NCBI GenBank assembly: GCA_964613185.1
Contig: CAZTIP010000001.1
Span: 52,716 to 116,715, forward strand
Direction of reading: 5' to 3'
DNA from: Candidatus Woesearchaeota archaeon
Lineage (GTDB): Archaea > Nanobdellota > Nanobdellia > Pacearchaeales > GW2011-AR1
DNA: 64,000 bases
Below, piece by piece: positions 34,985 to 45,608 of this stretch; the first letter of the stretch is position 1, and the number at the start of each line of letters is the position of its first letter. The notes under the pieces are model-generated. The model was not told the DNA's origin, did no database searches, and saw only the letters and a program-made list of their open reading frames with translations. Made by a program: the position numbers and the translations under genes.

Positions 34985-36528
34985 AAATAACTTTTAGGAT
35001 TTGGATCTTAATTATTTTTGCAAGTCTTTCATTAATTTCTATTTTTTCAATTCCTCCAATATTTTTAGAGGAAGGTTTAAAGGTTAGTCGGGTATCCCCA
35101 GATTCAAAGATTTTCTTAGAAGGGTTAAGGGAAGGAATGACAATTCAAGAAATTAACGGAATCAAAATAAATTCGCTAGAAGATTATTCAAATTCAATTG
35201 AACCATTTAGTAGTTTAAATGACAACGAAACTTTAAAATTGATTTTAAAAACAAAAGAGTTAGAAATAATAAATCTTTTTGATTCAAGAATTCTAGAAGA
35301 CATAACTGTAAATTCAATTCCGTTAACAAACATAAAAACAGGATTAGATTTGCAAGGAGGGGCAAGAGCATTCATAAAAGCAGAAATTCCATTAGACGAT
35401 TCACAATTAGATGATTTGATTGCAGTGTCTGAACAAAGGTTAAATATTTATGGACTTTCAGATGTAAAATTATTCAGAGTAAAAACATCAAGCCAAGAAA
35501 ATTTAATGGGTGTAGAAATTGCAGGCTCCTCTCCAGAAGATTTAGAAGAGTTAATTGCAAAACAAGGAAAATTTGAAGCAAAAATTGGGGAAGAAGTAGT
35601 TTTTAGGGGTGGTTCAGAAGATGTAGTTTATGTTGCAAGAACTGGTGCAGATGCGATTATTTCAGAATGTTTTGCAACACAAAATGGCGAGGCCTGCAAC
35701 TTCCAATTTGTAATTTTCTTAAGCGAGGATGCAGCAGAAAGACATGCAGAGATAACTGATAGATTATCCATAAACGGGTCATATTTAAGTGAACAATTAG
35801 ATTTTTTTATAGATGAAAAATTAACATCCTCATTAAATATTGGGGCAGGATTAAAGGGAAATGTTGCAACTCAAATCCAAATTTCAGGTTCAGGTTCTGG
35901 GGCTACACGACAAGAAGCGATTGAAGATGCAGAGCTTGAAATGAAAAGGTTACAAACAATTTTAATAACCGGCTCATTGCCTTACAAATTAGAAATTGTA
36001 AAATTAGATAAAATTTCCCCAAATCTTGGAGAAGAATTTACAAAACAACTTTTAATTGCAGGTCTTTTAGCCATTCTTTCAGTCTCAATAATTATCTTTC
36101 TAAGATATAGAAGAATAAAAATTTCTCTTGCATTAGTTACCGTTTCATTATCCGAAGTTTTGATTATTTTAGGATCAGCTTCCCTGATAGGGTGGAATTT
36201 AGATTTACCCTCTATTGCAGGAATTATTGCAGCAATAGGAACTGGAATAGATTCCCAAATAATTATATTAGACGAAGCAAGAGATAAAAATGAATCAGTA
36301 AAAAAAAGAATCAAAAAAGCACTATTTATCATAGTAACCGCATTCACAACAACCTTTATGGCATTAATACCTTTAACAGGATTTTTAGGATTTATGGGGA
36401 TTGGAGCAACATCTGCAGGACTTCTAAAAGGATTTGCAGTAACAACATTGATTGGAATAACAACAGGAGTTCTAATTTCTAGACCGGCTTTCGCAGATAT
36501 TGCGAGACAATTAGAATCTGAAGATTAA
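34981..36528 (+). CDS. secD: Protein-export membrane protein SecD.
   Basis: ...GLDLQGGARAFI... motif, a large extracytoplasmic domain, and a C-terminal TM block. The start was moved to the ATG in the ATGA overlap with secF. Confidence 0.8.
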   Translation: MKITFRIWILIIFASLSLISIFSIPPIFLEEGLKVSRVSPDSKIFLEGLREGMTIQEINGIKINSLEDYSNSIEPFSSLNDNETLKLILKTKELEIINLFDSRILEDITVNSIPLTNIKTGLDLQGGARAFIKAEIPLDDSQLDDLIAVSEQRLNIYGLSDVKLFRVKTSSQENLMGVEIAGSSPEDLEELIAKQGKFEAKIGEEVVFRGGSEDVVYVARTGADAIISECFATQNGEACNFQFVIFLSEDAAERHAEITDRLSINGSYLSEQLDFFIDEKLTSSLNIGAGLKGNVATQIQISGSGSGATRQEAIEDAELEMKRLQTILITGSLPYKLEIVKLDKISPNLGEEFTKQLLIAGLLAILSVSIIIFLRYRRIKISLALVTVSLSEVLIILGSASLIGWNLDLPSIAGIIAAIGTGIDSQIIILDEARDKNESVKKRIKKALFIIVTAFTTTFMALIPLTGFLGFMGIGATSAGLLKGFAVTTLIGITTGVLISRPAFADIARQLESED

Positions 36529-36987
36529 ATGAAATTTAGGCACCATATTTTAATTGGCTTATTGGCATCATTTTTAATTGTAAATTTTTCAAGAGTAACT
36601 TCGTTAGAAGGGGTAATAATTTTTTTAGCATCTATATTGATTGATTTTGATCATTATATTTGGTATGGCGCAGTAACAAAAGATTGGAATCCATTTAACG
36701 CAATTAGGTGGTATATAAAAAGAAATCCGGAGTGGAAAAACATTTCCCAAAAAGAAAAAAACAAATTCAAAAAAGGAGTATTTATTTTTCACAGTATAGG
36801 ATTTTGGATAGTTTTATATTTCCTTTCGCTAATAAATGAACTTTTTTTATTCGTATTAATCGGAATCGGAATACACATCTTTGCAGACTATTTTCATATG
36901 ATAAAAAATAAAGAACCAATTTACAATAAAGTTTCTGCATTATACACTTGGAAAAGAAATAAAAACAAGAAAGAATTCATTAATTAA
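36529..36987 (+). CDS. Membrane protein, possibly a DUF457-like membrane-bound hydrolase, hypothetical.
   Basis: MKFRHHILIGLLASFL... with 4 TM segments. Confidence 0.3.
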   Translation: MKFRHHILIGLLASFLIVNFSRVTSLEGVIIFLASILIDFDHYIWYGAVTKDWNPFNAIRWYIKRNPEWKNISQKEKNKFKKGVFIFHSIGFWIVLYFLSLINELFLFVLIGIGIHIFADYFHMIKNKEPIYNKVSALYTWKRNKNKKEFIN

Positions 36988-38366
36988 TGATATCTTCAAA
37001 AATTAACCGAGAAATAAGGGAAGAAAAAGAAGGGATAAAAAATATTTTAAGAAGAATTAAAACAAAAGATTTTTCTGGAGAATCAGGGCAGGCAATCAAG
37101 AATTCAAGTTACCAATTAGCACAGAATTTAATTTTCAAATTTGGCTCATTAATTTTCACAATAGTTATTGCAAGAATGCTTTTGCCAGATTTGTTTGGAC
37201 TTTACAGCTTAGCACTTTCAACAATTGTTTTATTCGCATCATTTAGCGATTTAGGTATTAGTTCAGCATTAATAACCTTCGTAGCAAAAGGTTTAGGAAA
37301 CAAGGATTTTAGAAAAGCAAAGGCATATTCAAAAAAACTTTTAAAATGGAAGATAAAACTTGTAACAATTTCATCATTAGCACTTTTAGCAAGTGCATAT
37401 CCAATTTCAGAAGTTTATTATTCCAAACCAATATTTTATGCCCTTTTAGTCGGGGGATTTTATTTACCTATAGTCTCATTAATAGGATTCATTAGTCGGT
37501 TATTCAAAACAGGAGAAGACTTCAAAACACCAATGATTCAAGAGATTTTATTCCAAGTAACCAGATTTACATTAGTGCCTTTAAGCATTTTCTTAGTTTT
37601 GAAAAGTGGAATTTCAGATCAGGGAATAATAGCAATAATTTTGTTTTCAATAACTTTAAGTCATTTAATTTCATTAATATTTTTAAAAATTAAAATAAAA
37701 CAAAAATTAAAATTTTTAAAGATAAAAGAAGAAAAGTTAACTAGTAGTGAAATAAAAAATTTAAAAAAATTTATTTATCCATTAAGTGCAACAGCGATGG
37801 CAGGAATGTTTTTCGGTTATGTAGATACTTTAATGCTAGGTCATTTTGTAGCAAGCGAATTTATAGCATACTACGGAGCCGCATTTAATTTAGTGGGTGC
37901 AGCAAGTGCAATTATAGGATTTATGGCAGTTTCAATAATGCCAATCCTTGCAAGAAATTCAGGAAAAGAACTAGAATCAATTTTCAGAAAAACATTAAGT
38001 TTAACAATTTTAATTTCCATTTTTTCAGGAATATTTACTTATTTAGTATCAAAATATGTCGTTTTAATTGCTTATGGGGAAGAATATCTTCAAGCAGTCC
38101 CAATTTTAGAATGGTTTTCCATAATGATTATCCTCTTGCCAATTATTGGGATTTACATAAGCTATTACACCGTAAGAAAAAAAACAAAGAAATTAGCATG
38201 GTTAATATTCTGGTCAGCAATGTTGAATATTTTCCTCAATTATTTTGCAATAGTTTATGGGTTAACAAATTATGGCGAACTCGGAGCAGTTTTCGGAGCT
38301 GTTGGGGCAACAATTTTTAGTAGGATTTTATATTTGGGTGGATTGGTTATTTTTAGAAGGAGATAA
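36987..38366 (+). CDS. Wzx-like oligosaccharide flippase (MOP superfamily polysaccharide biosynthesis protein).
   Basis: 459 aa, about 12 TM segments. The N-terminal pattern ...QLAQNLIFKFGSLIFTIVIARMLLPDLFGLYSLALS... is typical of Wzx. Confidence 0.7.
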   Translation: MISSKINREIREEKEGIKNILRRIKTKDFSGESGQAIKNSSYQLAQNLIFKFGSLIFTIVIARMLLPDLFGLYSLALSTIVLFASFSDLGISSALITFVAKGLGNKDFRKAKAYSKKLLKWKIKLVTISSLALLASAYPISEVYYSKPIFYALLVGGFYLPIVSLIGFISRLFKTGEDFKTPMIQEILFQVTRFTLVPLSIFLVLKSGISDQGIIAIILFSITLSHLISLIFLKIKIKQKLKFLKIKEEKLTSSEIKNLKKFIYPLSATAMAGMFFGYVDTLMLGHFVASEFIAYYGAAFNLVGAASAIIGFMAVSIMPILARNSGKELESIFRKTLSLTILISIFSGIFTYLVSKYVVLIAYGEEYLQAVPILEWFSIMIILLPIIGIYISYYTVRKKTKKLAWLIFWSAMLNIFLNYFAIVYGLTNYGELGAVFGAVGATIFSRILYLGGLVIFRRR

Positions 38367-38376
38367 TTTTAAGAGG

Positions 38377-38646
38377 TTAAAGACCAAAATTTTCAATCAA
38401 ATTTTCAATCACACGATATTCTAATAAAAACTCTTTTCCCTTTTTTGTAAGTGAAAATGAACGTTTTCCTTTAATAAATTCTTCATTAACAAAATTTTTT
38501 TGAAGCAACATATTCACGTATTCCTTAAACATTTGAGGAGACAAATTAGAAGAAGATAATAATTTCGTAGGCTTAATTAAACGAGATTTATTTATAGTCG
38601 AAAGGATATCTCTAATAATTTCAAGTTTCTCCCGTTTTCTAGTCAT
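38377..38646 (-). CDS. Winged-helix transcriptional regulator (89 aa).
   Basis: ...KLEIIRDILSTINKSRLIKPTKLLSSSNLSPQMFKEYVNMLLQKNFV... Confidence 0.5.
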   Translation of the reverse strand: MTRKREKLEIIRDILSTINKSRLIKPTKLLSSSNLSPQMFKEYVNMLLQKNFVNEEFIKGKRSFSLTKKGKEFLLEYRVIENLIENFGL

Positions 38647-39325
38647 TTTTATTTCCAGTTATTTTTATAATTGCATAAAGAAAGAAAACAAAAAATAAGA
38701 TGTTTAGGCCATAAATTCCAATTTGAACAACGGAATTCTCAATAGGAAAATATCTAAGGGATAAATTGAGTATCCAGGAAGTTAATCCAACAAGAATAAT
38801 TATAAAATAATTTTTCAAAAAGTTAGAAGAGTTTTTATTACTAGAAAAATTAAGATAGCTTATTATTACCATAATCAAAAACAAGATAATTTGAGAAAGA
38901 TACATAAGTATCGGAGATTTGAGAATAAAATCAAAAAACCCAATAAGAAACCCACTAAAATAAAAGAACCCGGCATTCAAATTAAATAATGAATTGTGTA
39001 ATTTCTTTTTTTCAAAATTTTTCCAAACAAGACTATATAGTAGGAAGAACCCAGCGACAATTATAAAAAATTCAAAAAGAAAGTGAGTATTTAAAAAATA
39101 AAAAGATTTTTCAGAAATATTTGGGATAACACCGAGTATAAATCTAAAGAAGAAAGCAAGACCGTAAAAGAAAAATGAATTTCTAAAATACCTTAATCCT
39201 TGATAATCGCTAAGTTTGAATAGTCGGTCCGTTTTAAGAACGACAATAGAACAGATAAAAAGAACAAGAAGGGCATAAACTATTTTTAAATTTTCTTTAT
39301 TTAATAAAATCCACTCAAGTAACAT
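38639..39325 (-). CDS. Polytopic membrane protein, hypothetical.
   Basis: 228 aa, 6-7 TM segments. Confidence 0.45.
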   Translation of the reverse strand: MLLEWILLNKENLKIVYALLVLFICSIVVLKTDRLFKLSDYQGLRYFRNSFFFYGLAFFFRFILGVIPNISEKSFYFLNTHFLFEFFIIVAGFFLLYSLVWKNFEKKKLHNSLFNLNAGFFYFSGFLIGFFDFILKSPILMYLSQIILFLIMVIISYLNFSSNKNSSNFLKNYFIIILVGLTSWILNLSLRYFPIENSVVQIGIYGLNILFFVFFLYAIIKITGNKND

Positions 39326-39425
39326 AATCTTAAATAAATTTTAGATATTTAAGTCTTTACAATTTAAGAAATAAAATATAGTTATCCTACCCACTATTTA
39401 TAAACAATATTTTTATGATAATTAA

Positions 39426-40427
39426 ATGGAAATAGGAAATAAAAAAACTGCATTAGTTTGTGGGGCAGGAGGGTTTATAGGAAGCCACCTTGTCAGGAGA
39501 TTAAAAAAAGAAGGTTATTGGGTAAGGGGAGTAGATATAAAATATCCCGAATTTTCAGAATCAGATGCAGACGATTTTTTAAAATTAGATTTAAGGAGTG
39601 AAGATAACTGTAAGAGATCTTTAGAACTCTCCGAAGGAAAAAAATTTGATGAAGTTTACCAGTTAGCTGCAGATATGGGTGGTGCAGGATATATTTTTTC
39701 AGGGGAACACGATTTTGAGGTAATGCATAATTCTGCAATGATTAATTTAAATTTTGCAAATTTATCCAATAGGTACAAAAAATTATTTTATTCATCTTCT
39801 GCCTGCATTTATCCTGAAGAGATTCAATTAGAAACTTCAAATCCCGGATTAAAAGAAAATATGGCTTATCCTGCGAATCCCGATTCAGAATATGGATGGG
39901 AGAAATTATTTAGTGAAAGACTATATCTTTCAATGATGAGGAATAAGAGAGTTCCAGTAAGAATTGCAAGGTTTCACAATATTTTTGGACCGGAGGGAAC
40001 CTGGGAGGGGGGAAAAGAAAAAGCACCTGCTGCAATGTGCAGGAAAGTTTCAGAATGTTCAGAAGGTGGAGAAATAGAAATTTGGGGAGATGGAGAGCAA
40101 ACAAGATCCTTCTTATATATTGACGACTGTTTAGAGGGTGTAAGAAGACTAATGGATTCAGAGTTTACAGGACCGGTCAATATAGGGTCTGAGGAAATGG
40201 TTACAATAAATAAGCTTGCACAAATTGCAACAGATATTTCTGGGAAAAAAATAGATTTTAAACACATAGAGGGCCCATTAGGGGTAAGGGGAAGAAATTC
40301 AGAAAATTCTTTAATTAAAGAAAAATTAGGATGGTCTCCAAATTTTAAGTTAATGGATGGAATGGGAAGAACTTACAATTGGATTTCTGAACAAGTTAGA
40401 AAAAAGAAAGAAAATAAAATAGAATAA
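39426..40427 (+). CDS. GDP-mannose 3,5-epimerase (GME) homolog, an NAD-dependent epimerase of the SDR family.
   Basis: Rossmann motif GAGGFIGSHLVRRL. Long GME-type identities: LAADMGG.G.I.S...V...N..I..N......KK.FY.SSACIYPE...LET....LKE....PA.P...YG.EKL..E.....M......R..RFHNI.GP.GTW.GG.EKAPAA.CRK.....WGDG.QTRSF..ID.C.EG..RL..S.F..PVNIGS.EMV......GPLGVRGRNS.N.LIKEKLGW.PN. Confidence 0.85.
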   Translation: MEIGNKKTALVCGAGGFIGSHLVRRLKKEGYWVRGVDIKYPEFSESDADDFLKLDLRSEDNCKRSLELSEGKKFDEVYQLAADMGGAGYIFSGEHDFEVMHNSAMINLNFANLSNRYKKLFYSSSACIYPEEIQLETSNPGLKENMAYPANPDSEYGWEKLFSERLYLSMMRNKRVPVRIARFHNIFGPEGTWEGGKEKAPAAMCRKVSECSEGGEIEIWGDGEQTRSFLYIDDCLEGVRRLMDSEFTGPVNIGSEEMVTINKLAQIATDISGKKIDFKHIEGPLGVRGRNSENSLIKEKLGWSPNFKLMDGMGRTYNWISEQVRKKKENKIE

Positions 40428-40463
40428 AGAACACCTTAAAAAGTTTAATTAATTAAAATTACT

Positions 40464-41183
40464 ATGAAAAAAATAATTTTTCAATCAATAAATGAAGGAG
40501 ATGTTTTTGAATTTTTAAAAAGAAATAAGTCTAGAAGAATATTTAATTTTTTAAATCTTCACGACCTTTATCAATTTTCTAGGGAAATGAAATTCAAAAA
40601 TTCAATTTTAGATAAACAAAATATGAATTTTGTTGATGGATTTGTAATCTCGGTATATTTATCTATTTTAAATTTAAGGAAAATTTCAAGAATAAGTGGG
40701 CCAACATTTACAGAGAGGGTTTTATCCAATAAAGAATTATCTGGAAATAAAAAACATTTTTTTATTGGGCCAGAAAGGGAAGATATTAGGGAATTAAAAA
40801 AAAAATTTGGACACTTAAAAAATGTAGGTTTTTATAATCCGCCATATGTCCAAGGTATAAGTTTTTCAAGGGAAGAAATAGAAGAAATATCAAATAGGAT
40901 TAATGAAAAAAAATCAGATTATGTTTGGGTAGGGGTTGGGTGTCCAAAACAAAACATCTTGTCATCATCATTAATTAAAAAAACAAATGCAAAATATTTT
41001 ATGAATGTAGGTGCGGCATTAGATTTTGTTTTAGGGAAAAAGAAACAGGCTCCAAAAATTATTAGGTCGTTGGGGATTGAATGGATTTATAGGCTAATTA
41101 CAGATTTTAAACATTCTAGAAAAAAGGTTTGGAGAAGCTTAAAAGGGTTAGGAAATTTAAATTTAGTAGGGATTTCCAGATGA
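40464..41183 (+). CDS. WecG/TagA/CpsF-family glycosyltransferase (GT26).
   Basis: ...DYVWVGVGCPKQN... and ...FMNVGAALDF... motifs. Confidence 0.75.
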   Translation: MKKIIFQSINEGDVFEFLKRNKSRRIFNFLNLHDLYQFSREMKFKNSILDKQNMNFVDGFVISVYLSILNLRKISRISGPTFTERVLSNKELSGNKKHFFIGPEREDIRELKKKFGHLKNVGFYNPPYVQGISFSREEIEEISNRINEKKSDYVWVGVGCPKQNILSSSLIKKTNAKYFMNVGAALDFVLGKKKQAPKIIRSLGIEWIYRLITDFKHSRKKVWRSLKGLGNLNLVGISR

Positions 41184-42286
41184 AGAAGAAGATTTTGTTC
41201 TTAAGTCCACTTCCAGAACCTCATTATGGGAGTGCCTTATCAAGTAGATTATGTTTAGAAATATTAAAAGGGAATAATAATTTTGAGATTAGAAATATAA
41301 AATTAAATTATTCTAAGGAAATTAGTGATGTAGGGAGGTTAAATTTAAAAAAAATTAGGGGGTTTTTTAAAGTTATGAGTAACATAAGAAAAACTTTAAT
41401 AAAATTCAGACCAGATCAAGTTTATTTTGTTCCAGCAACCTCTGGATTAGGGCTGTTACGGGATTTTTATTTTGTAAAACAAATAAAAAAATATTGGGAA
41501 GGGAAAATAATCTTTCATATAAGGAGTAGAATTTTAAAAGAAGATTGGGATTCTAAATTTAATGGAAAAAAACTCTTCAAAATGTTAAAGGGGCAAAAAG
41601 TAATAATTTTGGGGAGAGGATTAATCAAAGATTTAAATGGAATAATTGTTAAGAGAGATATATTTATTCTTCCAAATACAATAAAAAATGAAGTTTCAAA
41701 GGAACAGTTCGAAAAGATCAGAATAAAGAGGTTTAAAAATAAGGGATTAAAAATTATTTTTCTTTCAAATATGGATCGGTCAAAAGGATGGCCAAAATTA
41801 TTAAATGCTTGTAAATTGCTAAATGAAAATAAAATAGATTTTGAATGTGTTTTTGTAGGTCCATGGAGGCTTAAGAAAGATAAAATAGCCTTTAAAAAGT
41901 ATATATTAAAAAACAATTTGGAAGAAAAAGTTTTTTCAGTTGGAAAAAAAACAGGAGAAGAAAAGAAAAAATTTTTGGAAGAATCAAATGTTCTAGTATT
42001 CCCAACAGAGTACAAATTAGAAACTTTTGGAAGGATAATTCTAGAGGGGATGATGTTCGGGATGCCCATAATTGCCAATGGAATCGCTACAATTCCAACA
42101 ATAATTGAAGATAGGAAAACTGGATTTATTTTAAGGAAAAATTCACCTGAAGAGATTTCAGATTATCTAATAAAATTAACTGATGAAAAGTTAAGGGTAT
42201 CTATGGGGAATGAAGGGAGAAAAAGATTTCTCAAAGAATATTCATTGAGAGATTATAAGGAAGAATTTTTTAAAATTTTTAAATAA
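41180..42286 (+). CDS. Glycosyltransferase family 4 (GT-B).
   Basis: The C-terminal motif ...FPTEYKLETFGRIILEGMMFGMPIIAN... has the E-x7-E pattern. The start was moved to the internal ATG (MKKKILFLS). Confidence 0.8.
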   Translation: MKKKILFLSPLPEPHYGSALSSRLCLEILKGNNNFEIRNIKLNYSKEISDVGRLNLKKIRGFFKVMSNIRKTLIKFRPDQVYFVPATSGLGLLRDFYFVKQIKKYWEGKIIFHIRSRILKEDWDSKFNGKKLFKMLKGQKVIILGRGLIKDLNGIIVKRDIFILPNTIKNEVSKEQFEKIRIKRFKNKGLKIIFLSNMDRSKGWPKLLNACKLLNENKIDFECVFVGPWRLKKDKIAFKKYILKNNLEEKVFSVGKKTGEEKKKFLEESNVLVFPTEYKLETFGRIILEGMMFGMPIIANGIATIPTIIEDRKTGFILRKNSPEEISDYLIKLTDEKLRVSMGNEGRKRFLKEYSLRDYKEEFFKIFK

Positions 42287-44078
42287 TTTTCCAATATTTA
42301 CACCATCCATGAAATAAAAATAATCTGATTTTATAATTATTTGAAACAACAGAATCTGAATTAAGAATTTTCATCTTATAAAAAGTCTCCCATTCTTTAG
42401 AGATTATTTTAGCATGAACTAAAGTTTCTAAACAATTTTCCAAATTTTCAATATTTTGACGTTCACTAATCCAATCACCCAAGGGAGGAGTAAATCCGCA
42501 CTTCTTTTTATTAATTATTTTTTTTGGTAAAAATTTAGAAATCATTTTTCTAAAAAAATTCTTTTCCCCAAAAAAAGAAATTTTATAGTTGGTAGGCAAG
42601 TTCATAGAATATTCAAGAAGTCTATAATCTAAAAAGGGGCATCGAACCTCTAAAGAGTTTATCATTGAAGAAATATCTACCTTATTCAAAAAGTTATTCG
42701 GTAATGTATAAAATTCAATATCCATTAATCTAACCGCCTCGATTAAATTTCCCCCAGTTTTTTTCAGACAAGAATTTAATTTTTCAGAGAGAATTTTTTT
42801 TGTAATTTGAGGTTTATAATAATCTTTTCTAGCTTCGGAATAAAATTTATTTTTTGGGAGTAAACTTAACAATAATCCCTCCTTAAGTTTTGATGTAGAT
42901 AATTTAGATAAAAATTTTCTTAAAAATTTAGGAAATTTTCTTAAAATTTCCATTTGGTATGCAAATTTATATCTTTGATATCCTCCAAAGATTTCATCCC
43001 CCCCATCTCCACTCAAGGAAACAGTTAACTTTTCTTTTGCAAATTTCGAAAGCATCCTTGTAGGGAACATAGAACTATCTGAAAAAGGCTCATCATAATA
43101 ATAATAGATGTCTTTTAACATCTTCTCAAAATCAACTTTCCTAAAATATTTATGATGGTGATTTGTTTTAAAATGGTTTTTTAATATATTAATTTGTGGA
43201 GTTTCATCAAAATTTCCATCAAAACCTATTGAATAGGTATTTATATTTTTATTAAAATTCATCATATATTTAACAATTGTTGAAGAATCTAAACCTCCTG
43301 AAAGAAAAGCTCCGAGAGGGACATCCGAGATCATTCTGAGCCTTACAGAATCTGTAATCAAATTTTCCAAGTCTCTTTTAATCTTCAATTTATTATTTGA
43401 AGGACTAAAATTTGGAAAGTCATAGTATGCCTTAATGCTCAAACTTTTTTTCTTAAGGTCGAATAAAAGATTATGTTTTTGTTCTAACTTGTGAATATTT
43501 TTGTAAATAGAATAAGGGGCAGGAATAAAACCCAATGAGAAATATAAATCAATAGAATTTTTATCTAGTTCATGAAAGATTTCATGTTTTAAAATCCCTT
43601 TTATTTCTGAAGAAAAGATAAACTTCCCATTTTCAAAATAGTAGTAAAGTGGTTTTTGCCCTAGACGATCTCTGCTCAAAAAAATAGTTTCATTTTGAAG
43701 ATCATATATTGCAAATGCCCACATACCATTAAATTTTTTTACACAATTTTCCCCCCATTCAAGATAGCTTGCACAAATAACTTCGGTATCTGTATTAGAT
43801 TTAAAAGAATAACCTTTTTCTAGGAGAGATTTTTTCAATTCTTGAAAATTATAGATTTCTCCATTAAAAACAATCACAACCTTTTTATTATCAAAACTGT
43901 AATTCATGGGTTGGGATCCGTTTTTTGAAAGGTCAATTATTGAAAGTCTTCGATGGCCAAATGAAATTTTTTTTGTAGAAAATATCCCCTCTGAATCGGG
44001 GCCACGATGTTTAAGTGAATTGTTCATCTGATTAAGGAGCTCTTTATTTTGAAAGTTAAATCCATTTATTCCACACAT
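42279..44078 (-). CDS. asnB: Asparagine synthase (glutamine-hydrolysing), AsnB-like amidotransferase.
   Basis: N-terminal MCGI nucleophile, SGGLDSS PP-loop, 599 aa. Confidence 0.9.
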   Translation of the reverse strand: MCGINGFNFQNKELLNQMNNSLKHRGPDSEGIFSTKKISFGHRRLSIIDLSKNGSQPMNYSFDNKKVVIVFNGEIYNFQELKKSLLEKGYSFKSNTDTEVICASYLEWGENCVKKFNGMWAFAIYDLQNETIFLSRDRLGQKPLYYYFENGKFIFSSEIKGILKHEIFHELDKNSIDLYFSLGFIPAPYSIYKNIHKLEQKHNLLFDLKKKSLSIKAYYDFPNFSPSNNKLKIKRDLENLITDSVRLRMISDVPLGAFLSGGLDSSTIVKYMMNFNKNINTYSIGFDGNFDETPQINILKNHFKTNHHHKYFRKVDFEKMLKDIYYYYDEPFSDSSMFPTRMLSKFAKEKLTVSLSGDGGDEIFGGYQRYKFAYQMEILRKFPKFLRKFLSKLSTSKLKEGLLLSLLPKNKFYSEARKDYYKPQITKKILSEKLNSCLKKTGGNLIEAVRLMDIEFYTLPNNFLNKVDISSMINSLEVRCPFLDYRLLEYSMNLPTNYKISFFGEKNFFRKMISKFLPKKIINKKKCGFTPPLGDWISERQNIENLENCLETLVHAKIISKEWETFYKMKILNSDSVVSNNYKIRLFLFHGWCKYWKII

Positions 44079-44144
44079 AAGTTAATAAGGGTATTCGGTG
44101 TTTTTATTTATTATCATTTAAAAATTTTAAGTAAATTTTTTTAT

Positions 44145-45449
44145 TTAATTTTTCCACAAATCATTTAATTCAATAAAATAAACGCCCCTTTTACCTTCAT
44201 GAATCGAATCAAAACAAATTTTACTATTATCAAAACTCCAGCGAGGGTGCAAATCAACCCTAAATGGGCTGTTCCCAAAATCTTCAATTGGAGAATTAAG
44301 GTAACTTTTACTTGGAAGGGAATAGAAATTCCCTAAGATTATTCGCTTATGCTTTTTAGAGTCATAAAGGATTAATTTCCTGTAATTTTTTGAATTGGGG
44401 TAGGTATCTGTTAAAATAAATCTTTTATTTTTTGAAAAACTCGGATGACCATCATCATCGTAAATATTAATTTTTTTGGATATGCGCGATTTATCTTTTA
44501 AAAGATAATAGCCTATGGGGAGGGTCTTTTTTCGGATAAACCTTGGGAAAATTTTTTTATAGATTGGACGAATAAACTTAATTAGGAGTTGAGGTAATCT
44601 GCCAACACCCCTAAGTTTTCCAAATTTTTCAGAAAGACTACAAAACATTAAAATTTCTTTAGAGTTTTTCCATGCAAAATGTGAATAAAAACCACTATCT
44701 GGAAACATAAAAATATTTTCACCATTAAAGTCAATACTAAAAAATCTCGTATGGAAAAGCCCACCTTCTAAACTCCATCGATGCAGGAAGCAGAGACGAT
44801 CTCCACAAGTATTAAAAATGGGTTGATCAACCCAATGTAGTCCAGATTCCATAGATTTGAGATTCTTAAAATTAATAAGACTTTTGAGATTAATAATGAG
44901 TTTCTTATCTCCTGTCATAAGGTTTATCATATAAATTCCTTCTGTTTCAGGAATATTTTTTTCAAATTTATTTGAAAAAAATCCTGAATATCCGTAACCT
45001 TCCCTTACCAAATTAAGTCTTTCATAACTTATAGAAAGGGCATATTTTCCCGAAGGATGAATATCATAAATAGGAGAGTTAATAATTTTTTCATCACCGG
45101 ATTCGACATCAAGAATTCTTGAAATAAACTTTCCATTTTTCCTATCATTGAAGATTATTTTAGATCCATAACATTTTGGCATCCATTGAATCATACACCC
45201 TTGTTGCCAATTCCAAGTTTTTGTTTCTGCAATTTTCTTCTTTTTACCAGTTTTACAATTAATTAAGATAATCCCTGCAGAATCATATTGGGAGGGGTGC
45301 CTGTCAATAAAATCAGTTTCCAAAACAATTGCATAATTTCCATCATGATTCCAGGGAGACTTCCCATAATATCCAAAATAGTAATGTTTAGACCCATTAA
45401 TGAGCTTATGAATTTCAACCTTTTGATTTAAAATTTTTTTAATTTTCAT
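44145..45449 (-). CDS. Hypothetical protein, possibly a beta-propeller of the oligogalacturonide-lyase-like fold.
   Basis: 434 aa, W/Y/G-rich, with no catalytic motif recognised. Confidence 0.35.
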   Translation of the reverse strand: MKIKKILNQKVEIHKLINGSKHYYFGYYGKSPWNHDGNYAIVLETDFIDRHPSQYDSAGIILINCKTGKKKKIAETKTWNWQQGCMIQWMPKCYGSKIIFNDRKNGKFISRILDVESGDEKIINSPIYDIHPSGKYALSISYERLNLVREGYGYSGFFSNKFEKNIPETEGIYMINLMTGDKKLIINLKSLINFKNLKSMESGLHWVDQPIFNTCGDRLCFLHRWSLEGGLFHTRFFSIDFNGENIFMFPDSGFYSHFAWKNSKEILMFCSLSEKFGKLRGVGRLPQLLIKFIRPIYKKIFPRFIRKKTLPIGYYLLKDKSRISKKINIYDDDGHPSFSKNKRFILTDTYPNSKNYRKLILYDSKKHKRIILGNFYSLPSKSYLNSPIEDFGNSPFRVDLHPRWSFDNSKICFDSIHEGKRGVYFIELNDLWKN

Positions 45450-45608
45450 CTCAATATATTTTTACAAAAATTTAATAAAACTCGGATCTTAAAATCAATT
45501 AAATTAAGGTTAATCCTTTTAAGATCTTTCTTGAGGGTATAATCTGTGAATTCAACATAGAATGGGGTAATCCTCTTTTCTAAAGTTAAATTTTTTTGAA
45601 AGTTAGTT

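Noticed and set aside
35982-36347. 121-aa minus-strand ORF inside secD, and 35184..35375 and 41515..42078 inside other genes.
   Set aside because: They are antisense shadow ORFs within confidently assigned genes.
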